From an uncultured Acidobacteriota bacterium (lineage in GTDB: Bacteria; Acidobacteriota; Thermoanaerobaculia; UBA5066; Gp7-AA6): DNA of 64,000 nucleotides. The position numbers were made by a program, and so were the translations under genes. The DNA lies in NCBI GenBank assembly GCA_963749265.1, contig CAVVML010000018.1, forward strand, positions 531,683 through 595,682. Reading direction: 5' to 3'. This document shows positions 35,830-45,612 of the stretch, piece after piece. Every line of letters starts with the position of its first letter. Position 1 is the stretch's first letter. Under the pieces are notes generated by a model. It was not told the DNA's origin. It saw only the letters and a list, made by a program, of their open reading frames with translations, and did no database searches.

Positions 35830-37059
35830 TCAGTGCTCGAGGCCGTACTCTTTGATCTTGTTGTAGATGGTCTTGAGCGAAAGCTTGAGGAGCTCGGCCG
35901 TCTTCTTCTTGTTCCCGCGGGCGAACTCGAGCGTCTTCGAGATCAGCCGCCGCTCGACGTCGGCGAGAGAGTCGCCGACGGCGATCCGAACGACGGGCGG
36001 CTTGCGGCGGCGGGCGCGCGTCCGCGGCAGCGGCCTGGCCAGCACCGAGCGGAGGACCGTCGGGCCGATCTCCGTCTCGGAGAGGCGGGCCGCGCGGCGA
36101 AGGGTTTCCTTGAGCTCGCGGACGTTGCCCGGCCAGTCGTGCGCCTGCAGGGCGTCGAGGGCCTCGGCGTCGAGCATCAGACCGGGATCGATTTCCTCGA
36201 GAGACCGCCGGGCCAGAAGCGCGACGTCCCCCTCGCGCTCGCGCAGGGGCGGCAGATGCACGACTTCGTCCGAGAGCGCGCTCCGGAGCGACCGGGACAG
36301 CCGGCCCGCCTCCAGCGCCTCGCGCGGATCCTCGTCGATGCCGAGCACGAATCGCGTCGGCCCGCCGGCCGCGATCTGCGCGAGCAGGGCCTCCTGGAAC
36401 GCCGTCGACGTCGTCTCGACGTTCGGGAGAAAGAGGGTTCCGGCCCCCGTCTGGCGCACGGCGAGCTCGAGCGATTCCCCCTCGGAGATGTAGGCGAAGC
36501 GCCCGGCGCCACGCCCGGAAAGGCGGTGCAGAGCGAGCGCCGCGACGTCCTTTTCGGTCCCGACCTCGCCCGTCAGCAGGACCGAGGCGTTCGATCCCGC
36601 GCCGCGCTCCAGCGAAGCGAGCGCGGCGAGCCACCGGGGCGAGCGGCCCGGGAGGGCATCCTTGAGCTCGGCCCGGGCGAGGCGGACACGTGCTTCCTCG
36701 GCTTCGGCGCCGCGCAGGCGGCGATCGGCGGCCGCGGCATGGAGCTGCGCGACGCGGGCTCCCGAAACGGGCCGCCAGAAGAAGTCGTGGGCGCCGGAGG
36801 CGATGCCACGATCCATTTCGGCGCCATCGACCAGCGCGTAAACAATCCGGCCCGAGCCGTCCTCCCGGACCCGGGCGAGGAGCTCGGCTCCTCCCGGCGC
36901 GTCGAGAGCGGCGACGACCACGTCCGGCTCGAAGCCGTGGAACGCCTCTTCGGCCTCGCGCGCCTCGGCGAAGACCCGGACGGCGCCGCCCGCGGCCGCG
37001 AAGCCCTGCCGCAGCGCGTCGCGGGAGGAGGCGTCGGGGTCGAGCACGAGGATCTTCAT
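35830..37059 (-). CDS. NtrC-family response regulator (receiver, AAA+, Fis-type HTH) with a degenerate ATPase / sigma54-interaction domain.
   Basis: MKILVLDPDASSRDALRQGF... is the receiver domain. The central domain has LLTGEVGTEKDVAA, a Walker A with TEK instead of TGK. It has no GAFTGA loop and no Walker B DE (GTLFLPNVE). The C-terminus LISKTLEFARGNKKKTAELLKLSLKTIYNKIKEYGLEH is a Fis-type helix-turn-helix. Confidence 0.8.
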   Translation of the reverse strand: MKILVLDPDASSRDALRQGFAAAGGAVRVFAEAREAEEAFHGFEPDVVVAALDAPGGAELLARVREDGSGRIVYALVDGAEMDRGIASGAHDFFWRPVSGARVAQLHAAAADRRLRGAEAEEARVRLARAELKDALPGRSPRWLAALASLERGAGSNASVLLTGEVGTEKDVAALALHRLSGRGAGRFAYISEGESLELAVRQTGAGTLFLPNVETTSTAFQEALLAQIAAGGPTRFVLGIDEDPREALEAGRLSRSLRSALSDEVVHLPPLREREGDVALLARRSLEEIDPGLMLDAEALDALQAHDWPGNVRELKETLRRAARLSETEIGPTVLRSVLARPLPRTRARRRKPPVVRIAVGDSLADVERRLISKTLEFARGNKKKTAELLKLSLKTIYNKIKEYGLEH

Positions 37060-37082
37060 ACCGGACCTGGAATTCTACACCG

Positions 37083-37122
37083 TGGAGGCGCCTCAGCGGC
37101 CACCTGGAGGCGCCTCAGCGGC
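37083..37122. repeat. Tandem pair of 10-bp perfect palindromes (GAGGCGCCTC), 22-bp period, just upstream of the response-regulator start and overlapping the ubiD stop.
   Basis: tggaggcgcctcagcggc cacc tggaggcgcctcagcggc. Each copy contains the self-complementary GAGGCGCCTC. A -10-like TAGAAT lies ~20 nt before the regulator ATG on the minus strand. Confidence 0.65.
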
Positions 37123-38566
37123 GCCCCGGACCGATCCCGAGGGCCGGCCAGAGCGCGTCGATCTTCTTCTTCACGTCCGCGCTCATGAGGATCTCGTCGG
37201 GCCACCGCCGCTCGAATCCCTCTTCCTTCCACTTGCGCGTCGCGTCGATGCCCATCTTGCTGCCGTAGCAGGGCAACCGGGATGCGAAGTCGAGCTCGTC
37301 GACGGGGCCGCGGACGATCTCCACGTCCCGCTCCGGATCGATGGCCGTCAGCGCCCTCCAGAGGAGCTCGCCGCCGCCCCGGACGTCGACGTCCTTGTCG
37401 ACGACCACGATCGTCTTCGTGAACATCATCTGGCCCGTGCCCCAGATCGCCTGCATCGTCTTGCGCGCATGCCCCGGATACCGCTTGTCGATCGCAACGA
37501 TCATCAGGTTGTGGAAGATGCCTTCGACCGGCAGGTGCATGTCGACGATCTCGGGGATCGTCTTCTTCACGATCGGCAGGAACAGCCTCTCGACGGCCTC
37601 CCCCATGAAGCCGTCTTCCATGGGCGGACGGCCGACGATCGTCGTGAGATACGTCGGGCGCTGGCGCCGCGTCACGGCGGTCACGTGAAAGACCGGGAAA
37701 TCGTCGTCCAGCGAATAGAAGCCGGTGTGGTCGCCGAACGGCCCCTCGCGGCGCGACTCGCCCGGATCGACGTAGCCCTCGAGCACGAATTCCGCTTCGG
37801 CGGGAACGAGCAGGTCCACGGTCTTCCCCGGCGTGAGGGGCACGCCTTCGCCCCGGAGGAAGCCGGCGAACAGAAACTCGGAAAGACCCGGCGGCAGCGG
37901 AGCGATCGCGGAGAACACCGTCGCGGGGTCGCACCCGATCGCAACGGCGACTTCCATCCGCCGTCCTTCGCGGGCATAGCCGCGCGCCTGCCCCGCGCCG
38001 TCCTTGTGTTTCTGCCAGTGCATGCCGGTCGTCCGGCGGTCGTAGACCTGCATGACGGTACATCCCCACGTTCGTCTTTCCCGAGGCGGGATCCTTCGTG
38101 ATGACGAGCGGCATCGTGATGAACGGGCCGGCATCCTGCGGCCAGCACGTCAGGACGGGCAGCTCGCCGAGATCGACCGCGTCGCCGGTGGCCACGACCT
38201 CCTGGCACGGGCCGCCGCGGACGGTCTTCGGAAACACCGCCGCGAGCTCCGTCACCCTGGGGATCGCCTTCAGCTTCTCGAGGAGTCCCTCGGGCGGCCG
38301 CGGATCGAGGAAGAACTCGAGACGCGCGTCCCATTCCTCCCAGGAGGCGAGGTCGAGCGCCTTGAGCATCCTCCGGCGCGTGCCGAAGAGATTGATGGCG
38401 ACGGGAAACGCCGAGCCCTCGACGTTCTCGAACAGCAGCGCCGGCCCGCCCGCTTTCACGCTCCGGTCGGCGATCTCCGAGATTTCGAGACGCGGCGAGA
38501 CCGCTCGCGGATGCGGGCGAGATCGCCGTCCCGCTCCAGCTCCTCGAGGAAGGCCGAAAGGTTGCG
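37115..38566 (-). CDS. ubiD: UbiD-family decarboxylase (3-polyprenyl-4-hydroxybenzoate / menaquinone-type). There are two frameshifts (~38070, ~38490) and a GTG start.
   Basis: MAYRNLSAFLEELERDGDLARIRE / LEISEIADRSVKAGGPALLFENVEGSAFPVAINLFGTRRRM...LTCWPQDAGPFITMPLVITKDPASGKTNVGMYR / MQVYDRRTTGMHWQKHKDGA...GPFGDHTGFYSLDDDFPVFHVTAVTRRQRPTY...MGIDATRKWKEEGF. Confidence 0.9.
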
Positions 38567-38592
38567 ATAGGCCACGCGCCGCCGGTCTCCTT

Positions 38593-39657
38593 CTATTTCT
38601 TCGATTTCCGGCGCGCCGGCGCGGTCCGCGCGATCGGCGCCTCCGCCTCGATCCGGCCGACGTTCGCTCCGCGCGCGTTGTGGACGACGGGCTCCGCGTA
38701 AGCGGCGAGGGTGCGGCGCGCGGCCTCCGGCAGGCGGCCGAGGCGCGACAGCACCTCGAGCGTGACGGCGTCCCGGGGTCGGGCCGAGCCGTCCTCGATC
38801 TTGAACGCGACGCCCACGGCCTGTTTCGCGCCGGGCGCCGGAGCGAGGCCCACCGCATAGACCCCCTCGGCGCCTTCCTTGCCGACCCACCGTCCGCCCC
38901 CGGCCTCGAGGAAGTCGGTCGTGAAGCGGCCCGACCCGGCGACCATGAAGGGGCGCTTGGACATCGCCTTGACCAGCCTCCCCCTCCCCGAGGCGGCGGC
39001 CGGAGACTCGCCGCTCACGCGCGATCCGACCAGGCGCGCGTACGCGCAGGCGAGAGCCGAGAGCGGCAGCCGGAACACCGGAAGGTTGCAGCCGTCCACC
39101 GCCACCGTGATCTCCGATTCCGGGATGCCCGCGTAGCGCGCGAGGGTCGTCCGGATCTTTCGCTGCAGCGCATGCGCGGGATCGACGTAGCCCTGGCTCG
39201 GGAGCCCGAGCAGGCGACAGGCGAGCAGCATGCCGGCGTGCTTGCCCGAGCAATTGTTGTGAAGGGCCGTCGGCGCGGCGCCGCGGCGGACGAGATCGCG
39301 GGCCGACGCCTCGTGCATCGGCGCGTGGGCGCCGCACTCGAGATCCGAGACGCGGAAGCCGCCCTTGCGGAGCATTCGCTCGGCCGTCTGCACGTGCTTC
39401 GGCTCGCCTCCGTGCGAGGCGCACATGAGGGCGAGCTCCTCGTCGGTCAGACGGAACTTCTTTTCGCCCCCCGCCTCGAGCAACGGGATCGCCTGAAACG
39501 GCTTCGCGGCGGACCGGACGTACACCGGCGTGCGCGGGTCGCCGCATCCCGCGAGCAGGGCGCCGCGCTCGTCGACCACCGCGACCGATCCCCGGTGGGA
39601 GGACTCGACGCGCGGTCCGCGATAGACGCGCGCCAGGACCGGCGGAGCCTTCGGCAT
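38593..39657 (-). CDS. Asparaginase-II (PF06089) family protein.
   Basis: Intact 354 aa: RGSVAVVDERGALLAGCGDPRTPVYVRSAAKPFQAIPLLEAGG...HNNCSGKHAGMLLACRLLGLP...GVYAVGL. Confidence 0.85.
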   Translation of the reverse strand: MPKAPPVLARVYRGPRVESSHRGSVAVVDERGALLAGCGDPRTPVYVRSAAKPFQAIPLLEAGGEKKFRLTDEELALMCASHGGEPKHVQTAERMLRKGGFRVSDLECGAHAPMHEASARDLVRRGAAPTALHNNCSGKHAGMLLACRLLGLPSQGYVDPAHALQRKIRTTLARYAGIPESEITVAVDGCNLPVFRLPLSALACAYARLVGSRVSGESPAAASGRGRLVKAMSKRPFMVAGSGRFTTDFLEAGGGRWVGKEGAEGVYAVGLAPAPGAKQAVGVAFKIEDGSARPRDAVTLEVLSRLGRLPEAARRTLAAYAEPVVHNARGANVGRIEAEAPIARTAPARRKSKK

Positions 39658-39830
39658 GGCCGCCCATTATGGGGTCAGGCCCGTCGATTTCGGATTTTCC
39701 GGATTTCGGCGGCCGGCGGATGACGCCGGTCACCACTGGGAAACCGAAAAATCCGGGGCGACCCTGCTATTCTGGATGGCGTCCATGCCGCGGAATAATC
39801 GCCGGCCTCGGGCCGTTGGGCTGATCCGAA

Positions 39831-40336
39831 TGCGCGCGACTCTCGTTGCCCTCGCCCTGTACGCCGGGGTCGCCCCCGCGCTGCTCGCCCAGAACGCTCA
39901 GGCCTCCGCGGCGCCTCCGGTCTTTCCCGATCTCGAGTTCGTCGGCTCCGAGGGCGGCAGCGTCCGGCTCTCCGAGCTCAAGGGCAACGTCGTCCTGCTG
40001 AACGTCTGGGCGACCTGGTGCGGCCCCTGCAAGAAGGAGCTGCCCGTCGTCCAGCGGATGTACGACACTTACAGCGATCGCAATTTCGTCGTCCTGGCCG
40101 TCAACGTCGACGCCGACCGCAAGCGCGTCGAGCCCTTCGTGAAACAGTTCAACATCTCGCTGCCCGTCTACTACGCGTCGCCCGAGGACGCCGGGCCGCT
40201 GACCGCGATGGGCATCCCGTCGACGTTCATCCTCGGACCGGACCGCACGCTCATGGATCGTTTCGTGGGTTATCACCCCGACGTCGAGGAACGCTGGAAG
40301 AAGCTCCTCGACAAGACGTTGAAAGCGCGCAAGTAA
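39831..40336 (+). CDS. TlpA/ResA-like periplasmic thiol-disulfide oxidoreductase.
   Basis: Signal peptide MRATLVALALYAGVAPALLAQN. Thioredoxin fold with the active site WATWCGPCKKELP. Confidence 0.88.
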
Positions 40337-40380
40337 ACCGGCGCCGCGAGGCGCGCGTCCAAACCCGAGGAGGTCCTTCC

Positions 40381-41016
40381 ATGAAGATCCGCGTCGCCGC
40401 CCTGGCCATCGGTTTCGCTGCGTTCGCCGCGGCCGCGCAGGCCCAGCTCCGAGGCGGAACCGTCGAGATCAATCCCTACGCGGGATGGCTGTTCGGCGGC
40501 AACTTCGGAAACGCCAACGTCGAATTCACGCCGTACGACCTCGGCGTCGACGACGATGTCGTCTATGGCGGACGCATCGGATACAACGCGTCGAGCATGT
40601 TCGAGTTCGAGTTCGAGTACGCCTACTTCAAGACGCAATTCGACCGGGACCCGGACGACGTCTTCGTTCCCGGGGAGAGCCTGGGCGACCTGAAGATCCA
40701 GTACTTCATGGGCTATGCGACGTTCAACTTCGGCACAAGCCGCTGGGTCCCGTACTTCACGGTCGGCGCCGGCGCCGCGAACCTCGATCCGGAGATCCTC
40801 AACGTCGTGACGACGTCCGAGACCCGTTTCACCGCCGGCATCGGCGGCGGCGTCAAGTACTTCTTCTCTCCGCACTTCGCGCTGAGGCTCGACGGACGCC
40901 TCTACTCGACCTACCTCGGAGACACCGACGTGTTCTGCGGGCCGTACTACGTCTGCACGCAGAGCAACTGGCTGACCAACGGCGGCGCGAACGGCGGGTT
41001 CATCGTCGCCTTCTGA
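40381..41016 (+). CDS. Outer-membrane beta-barrel protein (OmpA-like porin / opacity family).
   Basis: The RBS GAGGAGG precedes the ATG. Signal peptide MKIRVAALAIGFAAFAAAAQA. Alternating hydrophobic beta-strand pattern with aromatic girdle residues and a C-terminal F (GGFIVAF). Confidence 0.8.
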   Translation: MKIRVAALAIGFAAFAAAAQAQLRGGTVEINPYAGWLFGGNFGNANVEFTPYDLGVDDDVVYGGRIGYNASSMFEFEFEYAYFKTQFDRDPDDVFVPGESLGDLKIQYFMGYATFNFGTSRWVPYFTVGAGAANLDPEILNVVTTSETRFTAGIGGGVKYFFSPHFALRLDGRLYSTYLGDTDVFCGPYYVCTQSNWLTNGGANGGFIVAF

Positions 41017-41046
41017 ACCCGGAGGCCGGCGGCAGGACGAAGGCGT

Positions 41047-41529
41047 TCACTTCCGCTCCTGCCGTCCTGCCTCCTGACTACGGCCGCCGATCCGGACCAC
41101 CCGGCTCTCGTCCGCCTGCGCCTCCATCGTGACCTCGACGGTCGGCGGAAGCGCGGCGCGGATCGCCCGGCCCGGCCACTCGACGCAGACCGGCGCTCCC
41201 CGGAGCGAGTCCGGCAATCCGAGGGCCTCGAGCTCGCGGGGGTCGTCCGCCAGCCGGTAGAGGTCGAGGTGGCGGAGCACGATCTCGCCGCGGCCGCCGG
41301 CGTACTCGTGCACGAGAGCGAAGGTCGGCGAGGCCACCTCGCGCGCCGGAGCGCCGAGACCGCGGGCGATTCCTCGAGCGAACGCGGTCTTGCCCGCGCC
41401 GAGCTCCCCGGTGAGATAGACGACGTCGCCTCGTCCCAGCGAGGCCGAGAGAGCCGCTCCGAGAGACTCGGTCTCGGCTTCCGACCGCGTCACATGTGTC
41501 GCGTCCGCCGTCGCCGCCGCGCCCATCAT
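41047..41529 (-). CDS. tsaE: tRNA threonylcarbamoyladenosine biosynthesis protein TsaE.
   Basis: VVYLTGELGAGKTAFARGIARGLGAPAREVASPTFALVHEY...LRHLDLYRL. The start overlaps the nnr stop. Confidence 0.88.
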   Translation of the reverse strand: MMGAAATADATHVTRSEAETESLGAALSASLGRGDVVYLTGELGAGKTAFARGIARGLGAPAREVASPTFALVHEYAGGRGEIVLRHLDLYRLADDPRELEALGLPDSLRGAPVCVEWPGRAIRAALPPTVEVTMEAQADESRVVRIGGRSQEAGRQERK

Positions 41530-43142
41530 CGATCCTCGTTCCGCGTTCCGCGCTCCGCGCTGCGGAGCGCCCGGCGGACGGAGGGCAGCGCGTCGGCGAT
41601 CTCGTGGGCCAGCAGGCCCGCGTCGCCCAGGCGCGGCTCGAGGAGTTCCGCGGCGGCGCCGTGCAGCCAGACTCCGCAGATCGCGGCGTCGATCGGGCGG
41701 AGGCCTCCCGCGAGAAACGCGCCGATGATGCCCGCGAGCACGTCCCCCGAGCCCGCCGTCGCGAGAAGCGGCGTGCCGGTCGGGTTGGCCACGACGCGGC
41801 CTCCGGGCTCGGCGACGAGCGTGTGCGCTCCCTTGAGGACCGCGATGCCGCGCGTCTTTCCGGCGAGCGCGCGAGCCGCGCCGAGCCGGTCGGCCTGGAC
41901 GGCTCGGCTCGGCCGCCCGAGCAGCCGGCCCGCCTCTCCGGGATGCGGCGTCAGGACGAGCGGCCGGAGCCTTCGGCTCCGCAGCTTCGCCGGCCGGCCC
42001 GCGAACGCGTTGAGGGCGTCGGCATCCAGCACGACCGGAAGCCGGGTGGCGGCCAGGACCTTCTCGAGAAAGCCCACCGTCTCCGGCGAGGTTCCCAGTC
42101 CGGGCCCGACGATCGCGGCATCGAAGCCGCGCAGGGCGCGGATCGCCCCGGACGCCGCCGCTTCGGCGATCGCGCCATCGCTCTCGGGCAGAGGCTCGGT
42201 CATCGCCTCGGGAAGAGCCGGCGCGTAGAGAGGCGCCAGAGACTCCGCGCAGAAGATCGTGACGAGCCCCGCGCCGGCGCGCAGCGCTCCGCGAGCGGCG
42301 AGGACGGCCGCCCCCGCTTTTCCGCGCGAGCCGGCGATGACCGCGAGGCGTCCGAAGTCGCCCTTGTGCGACTCGAGCGCGCGCGCCGGCAGACGGGAGG
42401 CGACGTCGGACGCCTCGGTGAGCCAGAAGCGCTCCGCCCGGGCCTCGAGCGTCTTTCGAGGGATTCCGATGTCGACGACGACGAGCCGTCCGCAGGATTC
42501 GCTCGCCGGAGCGAGCAGGTGACACGGCTTCGGCGCGCCGAAGGCGACGGTGAGGGCGGCGCGCACCGTCGGGCCCTGCACCGAACCGGAATCCGACGAC
42601 AGCCCCGAAGGCACGTCGGCCGCGACGGTCGGCCGGCCGGCCGCGTTCAGCGCCGCGACCGCCCGGGCCGCATCGCCCGAGAGCGGACGGCTCAGGCCGG
42701 TCCCGAAGAGAGCGTCGATCACGCCGTCGGCGTCGGCGAGCGCGCGGCCGAGCGCGCGGCGGCCGGCGGCCCCCTCGAGCGACGAGGGCGAGATCCCGAT
42801 CGCGCCCGCCCGGCCCAGGTTTTCGGCGGGGTCGCCGCGGTACGCCGAGGGATCGCCGAGCGTGAACACGGCCGGGCGCACGCCGGCGTGCGCGAGCAGC
42901 CGGGCCGCGACGAGCCCGTCTCCACCGTTGTTGCCCGGTCCGCAGACGACGACGACGCGATCCCAGTCCGGATACCGGGCGCGGAGCGCCTCGACGAGAG
43001 CGGCTCCCGCGTTCTCCATGAGGACCGCGGACGGGACGCCCGAGCGAATCGTCGCGGCGTCGGCCGAGCGCATCGCGGCCGCACGCAGGACCGGGATCAG
43101 AGTGCGCCTCGCTTGTGAACTTCGGGCCGCAGGCCCAGCCAT
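41526..43142 (-). CDS. nnr: Bifunctional NAD(P)H-hydrate repair enzyme Nnr (YjeF N-terminal epimerase plus C-terminal ADP-dependent dehydratase).
   Basis: Intact 538 aa: VVVVCGPGNNGGDGLVAARLL (epimerase) and LAVIAGSRGKAGAAVLAARGALRAGAGLV...TPHPGEAGRL...GSGDVLAGIIGAFLA (dehydratase). Confidence 0.9.
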   Translation of the reverse strand: MAGPAARSSQARRTLIPVLRAAAMRSADAATIRSGVPSAVLMENAGAALVEALRARYPDWDRVVVVCGPGNNGGDGLVAARLLAHAGVRPAVFTLGDPSAYRGDPAENLGRAGAIGISPSSLEGAAGRRALGRALADADGVIDALFGTGLSRPLSGDAARAVAALNAAGRPTVAADVPSGLSSDSGSVQGPTVRAALTVAFGAPKPCHLLAPASESCGRLVVVDIGIPRKTLEARAERFWLTEASDVASRLPARALESHKGDFGRLAVIAGSRGKAGAAVLAARGALRAGAGLVTIFCAESLAPLYAPALPEAMTEPLPESDGAIAEAAASGAIRALRGFDAAIVGPGLGTSPETVGFLEKVLAATRLPVVLDADALNAFAGRPAKLRSRRLRPLVLTPHPGEAGRLLGRPSRAVQADRLGAARALAGKTRGIAVLKGAHTLVAEPGGRVVANPTGTPLLATAGSGDVLAGIIGAFLAGGLRPIDAAICGVWLHGAAAELLEPRLGDAGLLAHEIADALPSVRRALRSAERGTRNEDR

Positions 43143-43825
43143 TCCGCGGTCGCCGACGGAAAGTCCGGCTCGCGCGGGTCCCGCGCCCGAAGATCCTCCT
43201 TCAAGCGCTCCAGGTCTTCGGGACGGTCGACGTCATAGAAAGGATCGAGCTTCCGGCACGAGACGCCCGCCCGGTGCATGCGATCGAGCGTCGTCTCGAG
43301 CACGTCGGGCGTCGACCAGGGCACCTCGCGAAAGATCTCGTCGAGCGCTCCGGCCGTTCGCGCCGCGAGTCCGAGGGCGCAGTAGCCCCCGTCCTCCGCC
43401 GGCACCACCGCCGCGTCGTCGGCGGCGAGCGCATCGAAGACGTCGCGCAGCCGCCGTACCGGCAGAGTCGGGTGATCGGATCCCACGGCGGCCGCCGCCG
43501 GCGCGCCGGAGGCGAAGGCATCCGCGAAGGCCCGCCGCAGCCGGGCGCCGAGGTCACCGTCTCCCTGCGCCCGGGCGCGCCACGGGTGGGGAAAAAGAAT
43601 GGAGAGACCGGCATCCGCCGGGTCCGGGTCCGCGCACAGAACGCTGTCCCAGGCGGTGCCGTGGCCGTACAGTCGCGAGGCGTCCTCCAGGAAAGCCCGA
43701 TACAGATCGCTCGCCTGCTGCGGCGACAGCGCCCCGGCCCCGGCGCCGGCCTGCACGAGGCGCGTTTTCACCCGGCCCGGAACGGGAGATCGGGCGAAGA
43801 GCAGCAGGACCGGACGCTCGGCCAT
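43097..43825 (-). CDS. DUF2064 / TIGR04282-family nucleotidyl-/glycosyltransferase-like protein.
   Basis: MAERPVLLLFARSPVPGRVKTRL...GGYCALGL is the DUF2064 signature N-terminus. Intact 242 aa. Confidence 0.7.
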   Translation of the reverse strand: MAERPVLLLFARSPVPGRVKTRLVQAGAGAGALSPQQASDLYRAFLEDASRLYGHGTAWDSVLCADPDPADAGLSILFPHPWRARAQGDGDLGARLRRAFADAFASGAPAAAAVGSDHPTLPVRRLRDVFDALAADDAAVVPAEDGGYCALGLAARTAGALDEIFREVPWSTPDVLETTLDRMHRAGVSCRKLDPFYDVDRPEDLERLKEDLRARDPREPDFPSATAEWLGLRPEVHKRGAL

Positions 43826-43887
43826 GCGCCGATTATCCGGCGAATCGCGGCGTCGCGCCGGGGCGCCGACGCCGCAGCGGGCGACGC

Positions 43888-45612
43888 CTAGGAGCCCGGC
43901 TTTCCGGCTTCGGGCTTGGTCTCCGGCGGAAGCACCGAGACGAAGACGTTCTTCTGGAGGTACGACGTCAGGTTCGAGACCGAGTCGCGAACGCCGATGG
44001 CCAGCTTCTGGCCCCCGGGGACCACCACGAGCGTCGCGTCGTAATAGAAGTCCTTCCGCTGCGCCGTCTCGAAATCCTTGGAAGGGATCTTGACCTCCTG
44101 CCGCTGGATCTGGAGATCGGACTGGTTGCCGGCGGCGTCGCGCACCACGAAGTAGACCGAGAACTGCCCCTCGTACAGGTCGCCTGCCGGGATGAGCCCC
44201 AGGCGGGAGATCGGCACCGAGATGCGCACCGGGAGGGCATAGTTCTGGCGGTCATGCGGCTTGGCCTGGCCGACGGACAGGTTCGCGTTGAGCGGATTGT
44301 CGGTCCGGGGATAGGAGAGCGTCGCAACGACCGCCTCGGCGGTCCGGGTCTCGACCGATTTCTCGACGTAGCTTCTGCGCGAGCGCACGCGGAGAGCCTT
44401 GTTTTTGACGGTGACCTGGATCGAGTGCGGCCGGTCGGCCGCGCCCTTCGCGCTTCGGAACCCGAGGGAGTAGTAGTTCGAGAAATCCGCCGCGATCGAG
44501 TCGAGATTCGATTTCCAGTCGTTGGTGTTGACCGCGGCCGTGCCGCCCGTCTCCTCGGCCATCATGCGGATCGATCCCTGCATGTTCTGGCGGGCCGTGA
44601 ACTCGCTGACGTGCACTTCCTTGTTCGTTTTCGTGTCGGCCGACAGCACGTCGGCGGTCGTCAGTCCCGACGCGTCCAGCGTGTAGATGGTGACGCCGTT
44701 CGCGTTCGCGGCCTGGACGATCTTCACGTACTTCGTGCTGATGTCGAAGTCGAACTGCTGCATCGTCGCCGTCGTGTCCTGGAACTTCTCGCGGATGGCC
44801 TCGAAGAGCTCGAGGCCGACGATGGACGGGAGGCCTTCGGACATGTAGAGCAGGCTCTTGCGTCCCTGGAGCCCGGCCATGCTGTCGAGCGTCTCCTTGA
44901 TGGCGTCGATCGTGAACTCCATGTCGTTGCGGACCGACTGCGCGTACGAGCGCGCGGCGCTCGTCGCGTTGTCGGCGGTCTTGGCATCCGCGATCCGGGC
45001 GAGGGTGTCCTTGTATTCGCCGATGGTCGTCGTGCCGCCGCCGGTGTCGAGCTCGATCTGCTCGATCGCGCCGACGATGTCGTTGACGTCCGAGGTGAAC
45101 GCGCGCCGGACCTTCAGCGACCGGTTGAACGTCACGACCATGCCTTCGGCGTTGGGCCCGATGACCGTCGGCACGAATTCCTTCAGGCGACGGAACATCC
45201 GGTTCCGGTTCATCGGCTGGATGTTCAGGTTGTCGATGTAGAAGACGTACTTGGCCTTCACATCGTTGGGCACCTCGGCGGCCTGCTCCTTGGAGCCGAG
45301 GTCGAGGGACGTGCCGTCCTCGAGCAGGAGCTTGCCTCCCGCGACGGCGTAGAAGTTCGTGATCTTCTGGCCGATGCCGTCCTGCTGAATCTCGAAGTCC
45401 GCGGCCGTGAGGCCCGGCACGCGGTTGCCCTTGGAGTCCGTGACGACGACCTCGACGCTCGTCACCGAAACGTCGACCGACTCGACGACCGGAGGGAAGG
45501 CCTTCTCGGGGGCCGGCTTCTCCTGGCTCGCCGGGGGGGGCGCCTGCTGCCCGAGACTCGGGCGGGGCACGGCGAGAGCCACGAGCATCACGAACGTACA
45601 AAGTCGTCTCAA
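43888..45612 (-). CDS. Secreted von Willebrand factor A-domain protein, probably the VWFA-related acidobacterial (TIGR03436-like) family. The start is probably a TTG.
   Basis: An RBS GGAGGA precedes the TTG, giving the signal peptide (M)RRLCTFVMLVALAVPRPSLGQQ. ...VDVSVTSVEVVVTDSKGNRVPGLTAADFEIQQDGIGQKITNF... is followed by a VWA fold. Intact 574 aa. Confidence 0.7.
   Translation of the reverse strand: MRRLCTFVMLVALAVPRPSLGQQAPPPASQEKPAPEKAFPPVVESVDVSVTSVEVVVTDSKGNRVPGLTAADFEIQQDGIGQKITNFYAVAGGKLLLEDGTSLDLGSKEQAAEVPNDVKAKYVFYIDNLNIQPMNRNRMFRRLKEFVPTVIGPNAEGMVVTFNRSLKVRRAFTSDVNDIVGAIEQIELDTGGGTTTIGEYKDTLARIADAKTADNATSAARSYAQSVRNDMEFTIDAIKETLDSMAGLQGRKSLLYMSEGLPSIVGLELFEAIREKFQDTTATMQQFDFDISTKYVKIVQAANANGVTIYTLDASGLTTADVLSADTKTNKEVHVSEFTARQNMQGSIRMMAEETGGTAAVNTNDWKSNLDSIAADFSNYYSLGFRSAKGAADRPHSIQVTVKNKALRVRSRRSYVEKSVETRTAEAVVATLSYPRTDNPLNANLSVGQAKPHDRQNYALPVRISVPISRLGLIPAGDLYEGQFSVYFVVRDAAGNQSDLQIQRQEVKIPSKDFETAQRKDFYYDATLVVVPGGQKLAIGVRDSVSNLTSYLQKNVFVSVLPPETKPEAGKPGS

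Noticed and set aside
41028-41068. 9-bp inverted repeat GGCAGGACG...CGTCCTGCC after the outer-membrane protein gene.
   Set aside because: The 23-nt loop contains the tsaE stop codon, and the 3' arm lies inside the tsaE coding sequence. There is no U-tract. It may weakly terminate the plus-strand gene but is more likely a coincidental GC-rich repeat.
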